Shown here in pieces: positions 1-9,456 of a stretch of DNA of 64,000 bases. The notes beneath the pieces are model-generated. The model ran no database searches. It had not been told where the DNA came from and saw only the letters and a list, made by a program, of their open reading frames with translations. Every line of letters begins with the position of its first letter. Within the stretch, counting starts at the first letter, position 1. Position numbers and translations under genes: made by a program. Origin of the DNA: Gemmatimonas sp. (GTDB lineage Bacteria; Gemmatimonadota; Gemmatimonadetes; Gemmatimonadales; Gemmatimonadaceae); the NCBI GenBank assembly GCA_031414535.1, contig JANNVQ010000030.1, forward strand, positions 96,001 through 160,000, read 5' to 3'.

Positions 1-2
1 AT

Positions 3-2090
3 CTAAGCGTGATGGGCCTCGCCCCCGTGATGGGCCGTTCCTTCACCGATGGCGACGACGGCGCCGGTGCCGCACCCGTCATCATGCTCACCTACGGCTA
101 CTGGCAGTCCTACTTCGGCGGCGATGCCACCATCGTCGGCCGCACGCTGCGCATCGCGGGCCGCAACGTGGAAGTCATCGGCGTGCTGCAGTCGGCGCCG
201 TTCTTCCCGGGTCGCTTTGACGCCCTCATGAACATGAGCGTCAGCGAGCACCACACGAGCGCCTTGATGCAGGACGGCCGCACCCATCGCATGACGGAGG
301 TGATTGCGCGCATGAAGCCCGACGCCTCGCTCGAGCAAGCGCGCCAGGACGTCGCGACGGTGACATCAAGAGCGCACGAGCAGTTCCCCGAGATGTACGA
401 CAAGGCTTCCGGCTACGGCGTCACCGTCACGCCCTTCAAGGACGTGCTCGGCGCCGACGCCCGTCTCACGCTGTTCCTGCTGGTTGGCGTGGCCGCGTTC
501 GTGCTCATCATCGCCTGCGCAAACGTCGCCAACCTCGCGCTCATGCGAGGCGTGCGCCGCGAACACGAACTCACCCTGCGCGCGGCACTTGGCGCCGGTA
601 CCCAACGCATCCGCCGCCTGCTCATCGCCGAGAACGTAGTCCTCGCGCTCGCCGGTGCGGCGCTGGGTGTGGCCATCGCCTATGCTGGCGTGGGCATGCT
701 GAGCGCCATCACCGCGCGCGTCTCGCCGCGCGCCGACGAGATCGCCGTGGATGGCTGGGTGCTGCTGTTCACGTTCGTGCTGTCACTCCTCGTGGCACTC
801 TTTCTTTCCTTCGTGCCGAACATCGGTGACGAAGATGCGCTCGCGCAGGGACTGCAGGCCGGAAGCGCCAAGGCCTCCGGCGGCATTCGCCGTCGGCGCC
901 TCCAGCAGGCGCTTGTTGTGGTACAGGTGGCCGTGAGCGTAGTGCTCCTCACCGGCACCGGACTCCTTGTGCGCTCGATGCAGCGCCTCGCCGCCGTGGA
1001 TCCCGGCCTCGACACGCACAACGTACTGACGATGGAAGTGCCCTTCGACTTCACCGCCGACGATCCAATCATCACCAAGCAGCGGCACGCGCAGATGGTG
1101 ACCGAACTCGACGCGCTCCCGCAGGTGGAAGTCGTCGGCATGGGGAGCACCACACCGCTACGCCGCGCTGGGTTTCAACTTGACTTGAAGGTTGACGGCC
1201 GTCCGCAGAATCCTGGCGAGCCGATTCCCTCGGCCGAGTATCGCACGGCGGATCCCGGATACTTCCGCGCCGCCGGCATCAAGCTGATTGAAGGCCGCGA
1301 GATTCAGACCACCGACCGCACCGGTGGAGAGCCGGTGGTGGTGATCAACCAGACGCTTGCGACGCGCCTCTGGCCTGACCAGAGTGCCGTCGGCCGACGC
1401 CTGGCGTGGACCGGCGACGTGCTGCGCTTCATTGGAATGGCCGAGAACGAATTCCGCACGGTGGTCGGCGTCGTCGCCGACACCAAGGATGGCGGCCTCG
1501 ATGCCGATCCCGTGAGTGCGGTGTTCACGCCATCGGAGCAGAGCATCTTCCCCGCGGGCACCATCGTGATGCGCGCCAACGTGGACCCTGCGACGCTGGC
1601 GCCCACGGCGCGGGAAATCGTGCGCTCCATCGCGCCGGCGCAGCCGATTGAAAACGTGCTCGCGCTGGACGCCATTCGCGACGAGAGCATCGGACCGCGC
1701 CGCTTGAATGCCCTGCTCGTGGGCAGCTTCGGCTTCCTCGCGCTGGTCATTGCCACCATCGGCATTGCCGCCGTGCTCGCATTCTCGGTGAGCGCACGCA
1801 CGGCCGAGATTGGCATCCGCATGTCACTGGGTGCGGCGCCGGGTCGTGTGCAACGCATGATTCTTGGCGAGGGTGGAACGCTGATTGGACTCGGGCTCGC
1901 GCTTGGCGTCATTGGCTCGCTCGCGCTCGCACGACTCATTCGTGGCCTGCTGTATGATGTGCCGCCGAATGATCCGCTGACGCTTCTGATTGTGGCAGCG
2001 AGCATTGCCGTCATCGGGCTTGGCGCGGCGTGGCTTCCGGCACTACGAGCCAGCAGGATTCACCCCGGTCAGGCTGTGCGGGCCAACTAA
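3..2090 (+). CDS. ADOP-family (duplicated MacB/FtsX) ABC transporter permease, 5'-truncated by the window edge
   Basis: The frame is open to the window start (CTA AGC GTG ATG). Motifs LIIACANVANL, ELTLRAALGAG, LVVVQVAVSVVLL and RTAEIGIRMSLGA indicate two FtsX halves. Confidence 0.9.
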   Translation, partial: LSVMGLAPVMGRSFTDGDDGAGAAPVIMLTYGYWQSYFGGDATIVGRTLRIAGRNVEVIGVLQSAPFFPGRFDALMNMSVSEHHTSALMQDGRTHRMTEVIARMKPDASLEQARQDVATVTSRAHEQFPEMYDKASGYGVTVTPFKDVLGADARLTLFLLVGVAAFVLIIACANVANLALMRGVRREHELTLRAALGAGTQRIRRLLIAENVVLALAGAALGVAIAYAGVGMLSAITARVSPRADEIAVDGWVLLFTFVLSLLVALFLSFVPNIGDEDALAQGLQAGSAKASGGIRRRRLQQALVVVQVAVSVVLLTGTGLLVRSMQRLAAVDPGLDTHNVLTMEVPFDFTADDPIITKQRHAQMVTELDALPQVEVVGMGSTTPLRRAGFQLDLKVDGRPQNPGEPIPSAEYRTADPGYFRAAGIKLIEGREIQTTDRTGGEPVVVINQTLATRLWPDQSAVGRRLAWTGDVLRFIGMAENEFRTVVGVVADTKDGGLDADPVSAVFTPSEQSIFPAGTIVMRANVDPATLAPTAREIVRSIAPAQPIENVLALDAIRDESIGPRRLNALLVGSFGFLALVIATIGIAAVLAFSVSARTAEIGIRMSLGAAPGRVQRMILGEGGTLIGLGLALGVIGSLALARLIRGLLYDVPPNDPLTLLIVAASIAVIGLGAAWLPALRASRIHPGQAVRAN

Positions 2091-2105
2091 TTGAATCAAT
2101 CGACA

Positions 2106-2570
2106 ATGCGCGTAACGTTCCTCGCGGTTTTAACGCTCTGCTTTTCTGCGGTTTTGCTCGAAGGACAACCCACGCGCAATGACTTGCGGCGTGGCGCCAA
2201 CGCGAGCCCGCTTGAGAGGAACGATGAGGGGGCGGCGCTCACGAAGACATTCGTCGCCAAGCAGCTCGTCGCATCCGCGGCAGGCATGTTTCTACTTGGC
2301 GGCGCGGGGGGACTGATTGCCGCCAACACGAGCAGCGCAGGCGAGGGCTTTACCGACTTGGCCAACACAGCCGTCGCGGCGATTGCAGGAGGCGTACTCG
2401 GCTCGGCAATCGGCGTCTACTGGTTCAGCAAGCGACACGGCCATCGCTCGCCATTTCTTGCGAGCCTCGCAGGAGCAGCGGTGGGCACGCTGGGATTCGC
2501 GGCCGGCGGAGCAGTGCTCGTGACGGTGCCAGTGGCGGCGGTGACTGGGCACAACTGGGCGCGTCGCTAA
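2106..2570 (+). CDS. hypothetical exported/membrane protein with Gly/Ala-rich hydrophobic C-terminus
   Basis: Signal-peptide-like N-terminus (MRVTFLAVLTLCFSAVLLEGQ) and glycine-zipper-like segments; start codon uncertain (2091 or 2106). Confidence 0.6.
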   Translation: MRVTFLAVLTLCFSAVLLEGQPTRNDLRRGANASPLERNDEGAALTKTFVAKQLVASAAGMFLLGGAGGLIAANTSSAGEGFTDLANTAVAAIAGGVLGSAIGVYWFSKRHGHRSPFLASLAGAAVGTLGFAAGGAVLVTVPVAAVTGHNWARR

Positions 2571-2650
2571 TCACGTCTGCTCTCACATCCCGCGAAGATT
2601 AGCAAACGGTTTTTGGAACTTATGGGCCCCGTCTACCGCTAGTCTCAGCG

Positions 2651-4048
2651 GTGCACACTCTCCGAATCATTCTCGCCCTCGGCCCCTTCGTCCTCTCCAT
2701 CCTCCGCGATCAGCGGCGCTGGGTGTGGTTCGGCTTGCCGCTCATTCGCTCGCGTGACTTCCACGCGCGCCGTGCGCAAGCACTCGTTGCCCGCATTGCG
2801 AAGCTCGGCCCCACCTTCGTAAAACTCGCGCAGGTCTTCGCTGCGCGCGCCGACCTCATCCCCGAGCCCTACCTCTCGCAACTCGGCACGCTCACCGACC
2901 GCGTGCCGCCCGTGCCGTGGTCCGAGATTGATCGCGAACTGCGTGAGGCCTACGGCGCTGCGCCGGAGAACGTGTTCACGGCGATTGACCAGACGCCCAT
3001 CGCCGCCGCCTCACTCGGCCAAGTCCATCGCGCCACCTGGCGCGGCCGCGACGTGGCGGTGAAGGTGTTGCGCCCGCGCGTAGAAGACACGGTGGAGCGC
3101 GATCTCGTCTCCGCGCGCGCCATCACAGCGTGGGCCGCTCGGCGCTGGCCCGTGCCACACGTGCTTGGCTTTCAGTCGCTCGTCGAAGAGTTCGCCGCAC
3201 GCATAGCCGAGGAAATGGACTTCCGCCTTGAGGCCGAGTACGCCACCGAGGTGCGCGCCAACTTCCGCACCAATCCGCGCGTGGTCATCCCCGAAGTGAT
3301 GCACGAGATGACGCGCCGCCGCGTCATCGTGCTGGAATTCATCGAAGGCACGCGCGTGGACCGCCTCCAAGGCGGCTCCGTGGACGCGCAGAGCCTCGCG
3401 GGAATGGTGATGGAGGTCTACGTGCAGATGATGCTCGTGGACGGGCTCTTCCACGCCGACCCGCACGCCGGCAACCTCTTGCTCACGGCCAACGGCCGCC
3501 TCGTCCTGCTCGACTTCGGCATGATGGTGCGCGTGCCCAAGGAGTTGCGACTCGCGCTCATTCGCACGGTGTTCGCCTCCATCCGTCGCGATGCAGATGC
3601 GGTCGCTGAGGGTTTCATGGCACTCGGTCTCGTCGCACCGGGCGCGGACCCAGCGGAGATCAAACGGCTCGCGTCGATTCTCGTAGAGCTGAGCAGCCAA
3701 CGCACCACCACGGCGCAGCGCTTGGAGACGATGCTCGCCGACAAGGTGATGGCGTCGCTCTATGACTTCCCCGTCATTCTGCCGCGCGACCTCGTGTACT
3801 TCGCGCGTACGGCGGCGCTCATCGAAGGCATCGGGACGCGCTATGATCCGTACTTCAATGCCATTCAAGTCGGCACGCCGCTCGTGATGCGCATGCGCAG
3901 TCGCATCCTGCGCTCGCTGGGCCAAGAAGCCGAGCCCAGCGTGGAAGAACTCGCCGCGATGGCGGGCTGGGTTGTGGGACGGGCGTGGCGCAGTGTGCGC
4001 GAAGCGCTTGGCCCTTGGCTTACGCCTCGGGCGGACGCCCGCCGTTAG
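2651..4048 (+). CDS. AarF/UbiB (ABC1) family atypical protein kinase
   Basis: LGPTFVKLAQ, PIAAASLGQVHRA, VAVKVLRP, FHADPHAGN and LLDFGM motifs. Confidence 0.93.
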   Translation: MHTLRIILALGPFVLSILRDQRRWVWFGLPLIRSRDFHARRAQALVARIAKLGPTFVKLAQVFAARADLIPEPYLSQLGTLTDRVPPVPWSEIDRELREAYGAAPENVFTAIDQTPIAAASLGQVHRATWRGRDVAVKVLRPRVEDTVERDLVSARAITAWAARRWPVPHVLGFQSLVEEFAARIAEEMDFRLEAEYATEVRANFRTNPRVVIPEVMHEMTRRRVIVLEFIEGTRVDRLQGGSVDAQSLAGMVMEVYVQMMLVDGLFHADPHAGNLLLTANGRLVLLDFGMMVRVPKELRLALIRTVFASIRRDADAVAEGFMALGLVAPGADPAEIKRLASILVELSSQRTTTAQRLETMLADKVMASLYDFPVILPRDLVYFARTAALIEGIGTRYDPYFNAIQVGTPLVMRMRSRILRSLGQEAEPSVEELAAMAGWVVGRAWRSVREALGPWLTPRADARR

Positions 4049-5567
4049 CCCGAATCTCGCGCGCGCGCGCCGTGATGTCCTTGCGGCGCGTGGCATCGAG
4101 TCGCGTCAGATTCTTCAGCTGCATCACCATGCGATTGTTGCCACGCAGCGCCTGCTCGTGCCGCAGGAGATAATCCCAGTACAGCGTCGTGAACGGACAG
4201 GCCGTCTCGCCAGTGGACTCGGCCGGATCAAACCGGCAGCCTTTGCAGTGATTCCCTTGGCGCTGGATGTACTTGCCCGTGGCCACGTACGGCTTGGATG
4301 CCATCACGCCGCCATCGCCGTACTGCGACATGCCGAGTGTGTTGGGGAGCTCCACCCATTCCACAGCGTCCACATACATGCCGAGGTACCAGGCATGCAC
4401 TTGCTGCGGCTCCACGCCGAGCACCAAGGCGTAGAGACCCGTCACCATCAGGCGCTGGATGTGGTGGGAGTAGCCGTGTTTGAGCGTCTGCCCGATCGCA
4501 TCGCGTAGGCAGGCCATCTCCGTGTCGCCGGTCCAGTAGAAGGTCGGCAGCGGCTCGCGGGCGTTCATCGCATTGCGTTCGATGTACTCAGGCATGTGCA
4601 TCCAGTACACGCCGCGCACGTACTCGCGCCAGCCAAGAATCTGGCGGATGAATCCCTCAACAGCTTCCAGCGGCGCGCGCTTGTCCCAGTAGGCGCGCTC
4701 GGCTTCGGCAATCACCTCGCGTGGATCAAGCAGGTGCAGGTTCATCGCCGCGGAGAGCCGCGAGTGATAGAGCCAAGGCTCCCCCGCCCACATGGCATCC
4801 TGCCAGCGGCCGAAGTCTGCGAGGCGGTGGTCAATGAAGTCATCCAGCGCTGCACGAGCCTGTTCTGGCGTCACGGGCCAATCAAAGTGATCGAGCACGC
4901 CAGGATGCTTCGCGAACACATCGTTGATCAGTGCGATGACATCCCGCGTTGTGGCATCGGGCTCAAAGCGCATCGGGGCGGGCAGGAGCCCGGGGCCTTG
5001 CTTGCCGAAACTTTCGCGATTCTCCGCGTCAAAGTTCCACGCGTCACCCACAGGAGATCCATCGGCTTCGAGGAGCACGCTGTGCTTCTTGCGCATCTCG
5101 CGATAGAAAAACTCCATGCGGAGTTGCTTCCGTCCTTTGGCATGCGCGCGGAACTCATCAACCGTGCTCAAGAAGTGCCGATCCGTGCGCACCGTGAGTG
5201 GCACGCCGCGCTTCGCGGCCACCTGCTCGAGCAGCACACCTACCCGATGCTCGCCCGGCTCCACGACGATGAGCCCTGCGGGCTTGAGCTCGGCACAGGC
5301 GCGCGCGAGTTGGCCATCGAGTGTGCCGCTGTTACCCTCGGTATCGAGCTCGGAATAGTGGACGGTCCAGCCACGCGCACGCATCGCGTCGCGATAGTGG
5401 CGCATCGCGCTCAAGAACAGCGCCATCCGGGGCTTGTTGCTCCACACATGCGTGGACTCTCCCACCACTTCGGCCATCCATATTGAATCCACGGCGGAAT
5501 CCCCGCCGTCGAAGATTGCCGAGTTCGGGTCGAGCTGGTCGCCGAGGACGAGAAGCAGATTACGCAT
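4020..5567 (-). CDS. Fe-S bacterial cryptochrome/(6-4) photolyase (FeS-BCP, PhrB/CryB type)
   Basis: N-terminal LVLGDQL, RMEFFYREMR, EGFIRQILGWREY, HHIQRLMV, DAVEWVELPN, and four Fe-S cysteines (MACL, CKGC, ACPF). Confidence 0.93.
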   Translation of the reverse strand: MRNLLLVLGDQLDPNSAIFDGGDSAVDSIWMAEVVGESTHVWSNKPRMALFLSAMRHYRDAMRARGWTVHYSELDTEGNSGTLDGQLARACAELKPAGLIVVEPGEHRVGVLLEQVAAKRGVPLTVRTDRHFLSTVDEFRAHAKGRKQLRMEFFYREMRKKHSVLLEADGSPVGDAWNFDAENRESFGKQGPGLLPAPMRFEPDATTRDVIALINDVFAKHPGVLDHFDWPVTPEQARAALDDFIDHRLADFGRWQDAMWAGEPWLYHSRLSAAMNLHLLDPREVIAEAERAYWDKRAPLEAVEGFIRQILGWREYVRGVYWMHMPEYIERNAMNAREPLPTFYWTGDTEMACLRDAIGQTLKHGYSHHIQRLMVTGLYALVLGVEPQQVHAWYLGMYVDAVEWVELPNTLGMSQYGDGGVMASKPYVATGKYIQRQGNHCKGCRFDPAESTGETACPFTTLYWDYLLRHEQALRGNNRMVMQLKNLTRLDATRRKDITARAREIRANGGRPPEA

Positions 5568-5580
5568 TGGGAGTCAACGC

Positions 5581-5609
5581 AAAACCCCCCGCGTTGGTGC
5601 GCGGGGGGC
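5581..5609 (-). terminator. probable intrinsic terminator for the 5633-6529 gene
   Basis: CCCCCCGCG-6 nt loop-CGCGGGGGG stem followed by TTTT on the minus strand. Confidence 0.7.
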
Positions 5610-5632
5610 TGATTTACCCGAGCACACAGCGC

Positions 5633-6529
5633 TTAGCGTGGCGCTTTCTGGTTCCCGAAGGCCCACACGAAGTTCACCAGCGGGGCACAGCAGCCGCCTT
5701 CGCTCGTGAAGCCAATGACCCCCAAGTCCGCCGAGAGGCGATCCCCGATGAATCGGAACCCACCGCTCCAAACACCATCCACTCCGGGATTCACGGAAAG
5801 CCAATTCTCCGTGATGAGCTTCACCCGCCTCGTAATTCGCTGCTCTCCGCCAAGCACGAAGACCGGTTCACTAGATGTTCCCGACCCCATCTCGTCTCCC
5901 ACGAAATAGCCCCATCCGGCTCCAATCGAGATTGCACGATCGCGGGTGCCAATCGTGGAAACCCCGTACAGGATCCCGAGACTGCCCTCATCAATGCTCT
6001 CCGGCGCGAAGAACCCGAGTCCACCCACCGCGAACGAATGGCGAGGGGAGTCGAAGATCGTGTACTTGGGCGCGACGTATAACACGCGGCCAAAAGCTCC
6101 GGGAAGAATTGGCGTGCCGCCCGCTATCGTGAATCGGTCCGTCACTCCGTAGGCGACAAAGGGAAGAAAAAGATAGAACGACGCGACGTATCCCTCTCCC
6201 TTGCGCAACGCGCGCCCCGTGGACGTGAAGAACAGTCGCGTATAGTTGGGGTCTTCGGGCCACACCTCGCCATCCGCTCGCATAGCGACGGCGCGCAGGG
6301 AAAGAATCTCACTGCGCGGAATCTCCACGCGCGCGCCGGATCGAGTGATTAGCACCAGCTGCATTTCCGTCTGCGACTCGACACGCCCAAAAAGTACGGA
6401 GCCGTCTCGGAGGCGCACCTCTACCGTGCTGTCTGCTTGCACGGCTGCCGGCACCGGCTCCTGCGCCCCGAGAGGCGGCGCGATCGCAGAAAGCAGGGCA
6501 AGGCTGAACAGCGCGGCGAGAAGACGCAT
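5633..6529 (-). CDS. hypothetical secreted/outer-membrane protein (small N-terminal domain plus probable beta-barrel)
   Basis: Signal peptide ending LGA-Q, alternating beta-strand pattern, C-terminal PLVNFVWAF, GGAG ribosome-binding site before ATG 6529. Confidence 0.7.
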   Translation of the reverse strand: MRLLAALFSLALLSAIAPPLGAQEPVPAAVQADSTVEVRLRDGSVLFGRVESQTEMQLVLITRSGARVEIPRSEILSLRAVAMRADGEVWPEDPNYTRLFFTSTGRALRKGEGYVASFYLFLPFVAYGVTDRFTIAGGTPILPGAFGRVLYVAPKYTIFDSPRHSFAVGGLGFFAPESIDEGSLGILYGVSTIGTRDRAISIGAGWGYFVGDEMGSGTSSEPVFVLGGEQRITRRVKLITENWLSVNPGVDGVWSGGFRFIGDRLSADLGVIGFTSEGGCCAPLVNFVWAFGNQKAPR

Positions 6530-6607
6530 CAAGGCTCCGAAAGGAAGGTCGTATGTGAACAGTAGCACCCGTCACACAGCGTTCAGCTCCCGGAGGCTTC
6601 ACCCACC

Positions 6608-7753
6608 CTAGGGCGACCGGAACCCCGAGTGGAATCCATTAAAGCGCTCCCAGTACACATCCGTCAGCACGCCGTCGGCCATCACGTGATACCCGCCGAA
6701 TTGCGCTGCGGTCGCGCAGGCATGGTTGGGAAGGATGCGCAAGCGCGCCCCAACAGGTAGCGCGTGTACGTTCCACGCCGCGCCGTCCCGACGCGAGATA
6801 ATCCCGTGCTCTTGGTTTGCACCGGACATCACGAGGTCTGGCATCACTTGCCCGTCTCGGTCGCAAACCATGCCATAACCTTGATCAACAGCCTGCGAGC
6901 TCGTGCCGCGGTCGCGCGAAACCGCCATCCAGCCCCCGTCGGTGATGAGCCAGCCCTTCTGCGCTTGATGCCCAATCACGGTCACGAGTACCGAGAGTGC
7001 GATGTCGTCCACCTCGCACACGCCGAGCCCCGCCATCACCAAGTCCATGAACACATAGACGCCCGCTCGCACCTCGGTGACGCCTTGCAGGTCCTCCGCA
7101 AAGAGTGCCGTGGGCGTAGAGCCCAGGCTCACCACCGGGCAACGATGACCCACGAGGCGGAGGCGCATCGCTGCGCTCACCACGGCATCGCGCTCCTGTG
7201 CGGCCATCGCGCGCTTGGCCTCCACCGTGACACAGTGATACGACTCACCCGCGTGCGTCATCACACCGAGCATATCGGGCCCGAGCGCCTCCGCGATGTC
7301 AAGCAACACCTCGGCGTCTGGCGGCACCCCCGCGCGATGCCCGTCGCTATCAATCTCAATCAACACCGGAATGCCATCACCCGTGGCTTTGCGATGCACG
7401 GCGACGGCTTGCGCCGCCTCAACTGAGTCGAGTATCACTGTGAGTTGTGCGCCGCGCGCTCGCAGCGCCGACACCTCGTGTAGCTTCTGCGGCGCGATCC
7501 CCACGGCGTAGAGAATATCGGTGATGCCTGCCTCGAGGCAGGCTGATGCCTCGCGCAGGGTGGACACCGTCACGCCACCCGGCTGACCACTGAGCGTGAG
7601 TCGAATGACCGGCAAGCTCTTGGCCGTCTTCACGTGCGGTCGTAGCGGCACGCCGAGCGCACGGAGATGGCTACTCAAGCGCGCCTGATTTCTCTCGACG
7701 CGGTCTAGGTCCAGCAACAGTGACGGCGTGGCAATCGTCGCGAGCGTCTTCAT
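6608..7753 (-). CDS. DSD1-like fold-type III PLP enzyme (D-threonine aldolase / D-serine dehydratase family)
   Basis: TPSLLLD, LRPHVKTAK (PLP lysine), HAGESY, GSTPT, NQEHG and PNHACAT motifs. Confidence 0.88.
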   Translation of the reverse strand: MKTLATIATPSLLLDLDRVERNQARLSSHLRALGVPLRPHVKTAKSLPVIRLTLSGQPGGVTVSTLREASACLEAGITDILYAVGIAPQKLHEVSALRARGAQLTVILDSVEAAQAVAVHRKATGDGIPVLIEIDSDGHRAGVPPDAEVLLDIAEALGPDMLGVMTHAGESYHCVTVEAKRAMAAQERDAVVSAAMRLRLVGHRCPVVSLGSTPTALFAEDLQGVTEVRAGVYVFMDLVMAGLGVCEVDDIALSVLVTVIGHQAQKGWLITDGGWMAVSRDRGTSSQAVDQGYGMVCDRDGQVMPDLVMSGANQEHGIISRRDGAAWNVHALPVGARLRILPNHACATAAQFGGYHVMADGVLTDVYWERFNGFHSGFRSP

Positions 7754-7820
7754 GGGCGCAAACTATCGGGAGCCGGCGCATTCCGCTCACCGCGCGCGCC
7801 GCATAGCTTGGCCCACCATC

Positions 7821-8522
7821 ATGACCGTGCTCTCCATTGACCTCGCCTCGCGCCGGTACCGCGACAACGGCATCGCCGTGCTACGGGGCGTACCGGGCCG
7901 CGTGACGGCGCAACTGGTCAATCCTGAGAACCTCGGCCTCAGCGGGGAACCCGACGTTGCGGCCTTCGTGAACGCCATTGTCGAGCTGGCGGAGCGCGAG
8001 CGCGTGCAAGTCATCTTGCTCGACGGTCCCCAAGCTTGGCGCGCCAGCCAGTCGTCACTGGTGCATCTGCGGCACTGCGAGCGCGAAACCCGCACGCCCG
8101 GCAAGACGGGCCTGCCCGGCGTGGTGAAGCCCCGCACTTGGACGCGTATGGCCGAGTTCAGCGTCGCCCTGTTTGATGCGCTCGACGAGCGTGGATGGCC
8201 CCGATTGACAGATCAGTGGAAGGGAGAGCGCGTCGCCATCGAGTCCTTTCCCACACACGCCTGGCGCATGCTCGGGCAAATCCCACTGCCGGGAAAAGCT
8301 GCCACCACCACGCTCGCGCCGTGGCTCAGCGCGCTCACCGACACCGGCCTCACGCTTCCCAAGGGGGAAATCGGCCACGATGAACTGCAGGCCCTCGTGG
8401 CGGGCCTGGCGGGTATCGCCCTCATGAGCAGCGGACTGAGGGCCTGCGATCTTCGAGGGCAGAACCCCTTCGTCGAAGCTGGCATCTGGCGTGAAGGCTT
8501 CATCGTGAGTCCTCGGCGCTAG
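7821..8522 (+). CDS. DUF429-like (RNase H-fold) protein
   Basis: N-terminal LSIDLAS, LLDGPQAW, R.CER, IESFP and HDELQA pattern typical of DUF429. Confidence 0.65.
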   Translation: MTVLSIDLASRRYRDNGIAVLRGVPGRVTAQLVNPENLGLSGEPDVAAFVNAIVELAERERVQVILLDGPQAWRASQSSLVHLRHCERETRTPGKTGLPGVVKPRTWTRMAEFSVALFDALDERGWPRLTDQWKGERVAIESFPTHAWRMLGQIPLPGKAATTTLAPWLSALTDTGLTLPKGEIGHDELQALVAGLAGIALMSSGLRACDLRGQNPFVEAGIWREGFIVSPRR

Positions 8523-8583
8523 TCCTCTTGTGCGATACTCTCCAGATGCAGTCCTGGGGTACAATGCATATCTCCCTCACCCA

Positions 8584-9129
8584 ATGACTATGCGAACCTC
8601 GTACCTCGCCGTCGCGCTGTTAATCGCGTCTGCGGCCGGCGCACAAAGCAGTCGCGGAGCGCCCCAAACGCGCGTCCCCACTGTCGCCGACTCAGCCCTC
8701 ATGCGGGCGCTGGATTTACCAAGCATGATGCAGCGCGCTCGCAGCGCTGGCATTCCCGATAGCACCCTGCGAGGCATCATGGACCAGATGCGCCGCCGCG
8801 GTGTCCCCGTTGGTGATGCACTTCCCGCCGTCGAGCTGGAAGTCGAGGCGGTAGAACAGGGCGCTGATAAGAACAACTTTGGCAGCTTTGTCCGCGCTCA
8901 AGTCGAGAGTGGGCTACGCGGCAGAGAGCTCGCCGCAGCCATCCGTGCCGAGCATGAGCGCCGTGGAATGGGTCCGGCCAATCGTGGACAGGGACGTGGC
9001 GGACGCGACTCGGCTGAACTTCGTGGTAGCCGTGGCCGACGCGACTCGGTCGAAGCGCGCGGTGGCCGCGGCCGTCGCCCCACCCCTGATTCCGCCGACA
9101 AGGCCCCCACCCGAGGGAAGCGCCCATGA
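8584..9129 (+). CDS. hypothetical exported protein with Arg/Gly-rich tail
   Basis: Signal peptide ending AGA-Q; stop overlaps the next start (ATGA). Confidence 0.7.
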   Translation: MTMRTSYLAVALLIASAAGAQSSRGAPQTRVPTVADSALMRALDLPSMMQRARSAGIPDSTLRGIMDQMRRRGVPVGDALPAVELEVEAVEQGADKNNFGSFVRAQVESGLRGRELAAAIRAEHERRGMGPANRGQGRGGRDSAELRGSRGRRDSVEARGGRGRRPTPDSADKAPTRGKRP

Positions 9130-9386
9130 AGAAGCTCTTGATTGCTAGCGTGGTTGCGCTCGCGGCCTGCGGAGAGGCGCCCAAGCCCGAGACTCCCGAG
9201 GTCGAGCCCGTCTCCACCGAAGTGATGTTGGCCCTCAGCATCGCCAACAGTATTGAAGCCCATCCCGCCTCTGTGGACTCGGTCCTTCTGGGCAACGGCC
9301 TCACTCGCAGCGGATTCGATTCCCTGCTCTACCGTATCGCCGAAGACAGCGTGCTCTCGGCCCAGTATACCGCCCGCCGCCGCTAG
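9126..9386 (+). CDS. small lipoprotein
   Basis: MKKLLIASVVALAAC lipobox; ATGA overlap with the upstream gene. Confidence 0.75.
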   Translation: MKKLLIASVVALAACGEAPKPETPEVEPVSTEVMLALSIANSIEAHPASVDSVLLGNGLTRSGFDSLLYRIAEDSVLSAQYTARRR

Positions 9387-9404
9387 GTCTCCGCTCGAAA
9401 ACAT

Positions 9405-9443
9405 CCAAACGGGCGCCCGGTCTCTGACTGGGCGTCCGTTTGG
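9405..9443. repeat. intergenic hairpin (terminator-like or REP-like)
   Basis: CCAAACGGGCGCCCGGTC-TCT-GACTGGGCGTCCGTTTGG, an 18-bp stem with G-U pairs. Confidence 0.6.
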
Positions 9444-9456
9444 CTAGATTCCCCCT

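Noticed and set aside
2615..2645. GGAACTT as a sigmaE-type promoter before the ABC1 kinase gene
   Set aside because: Spacing to either GTCT is 9 or 20 nt rather than about 16; a -10 box directly before the start explains the region better.
4020..4048. Convergent 3'-end gene overlaps (also 14807-14836 and 55309-55325)
   Set aside because: Short tail-to-tail overlaps are common in compact high-GC genomes and give no sign of a special mechanism.
4057..4070. (GC)n dinucleotide run
   Set aside because: It simply encodes ARAR in the photolyase C-terminus.
7821..8522. DUF429 or SprT genes as parts of an anti-phage defence system
   Set aside because: They are isolated among housekeeping genes with no partner ATPase, methylase, toxin or mobile-element context.
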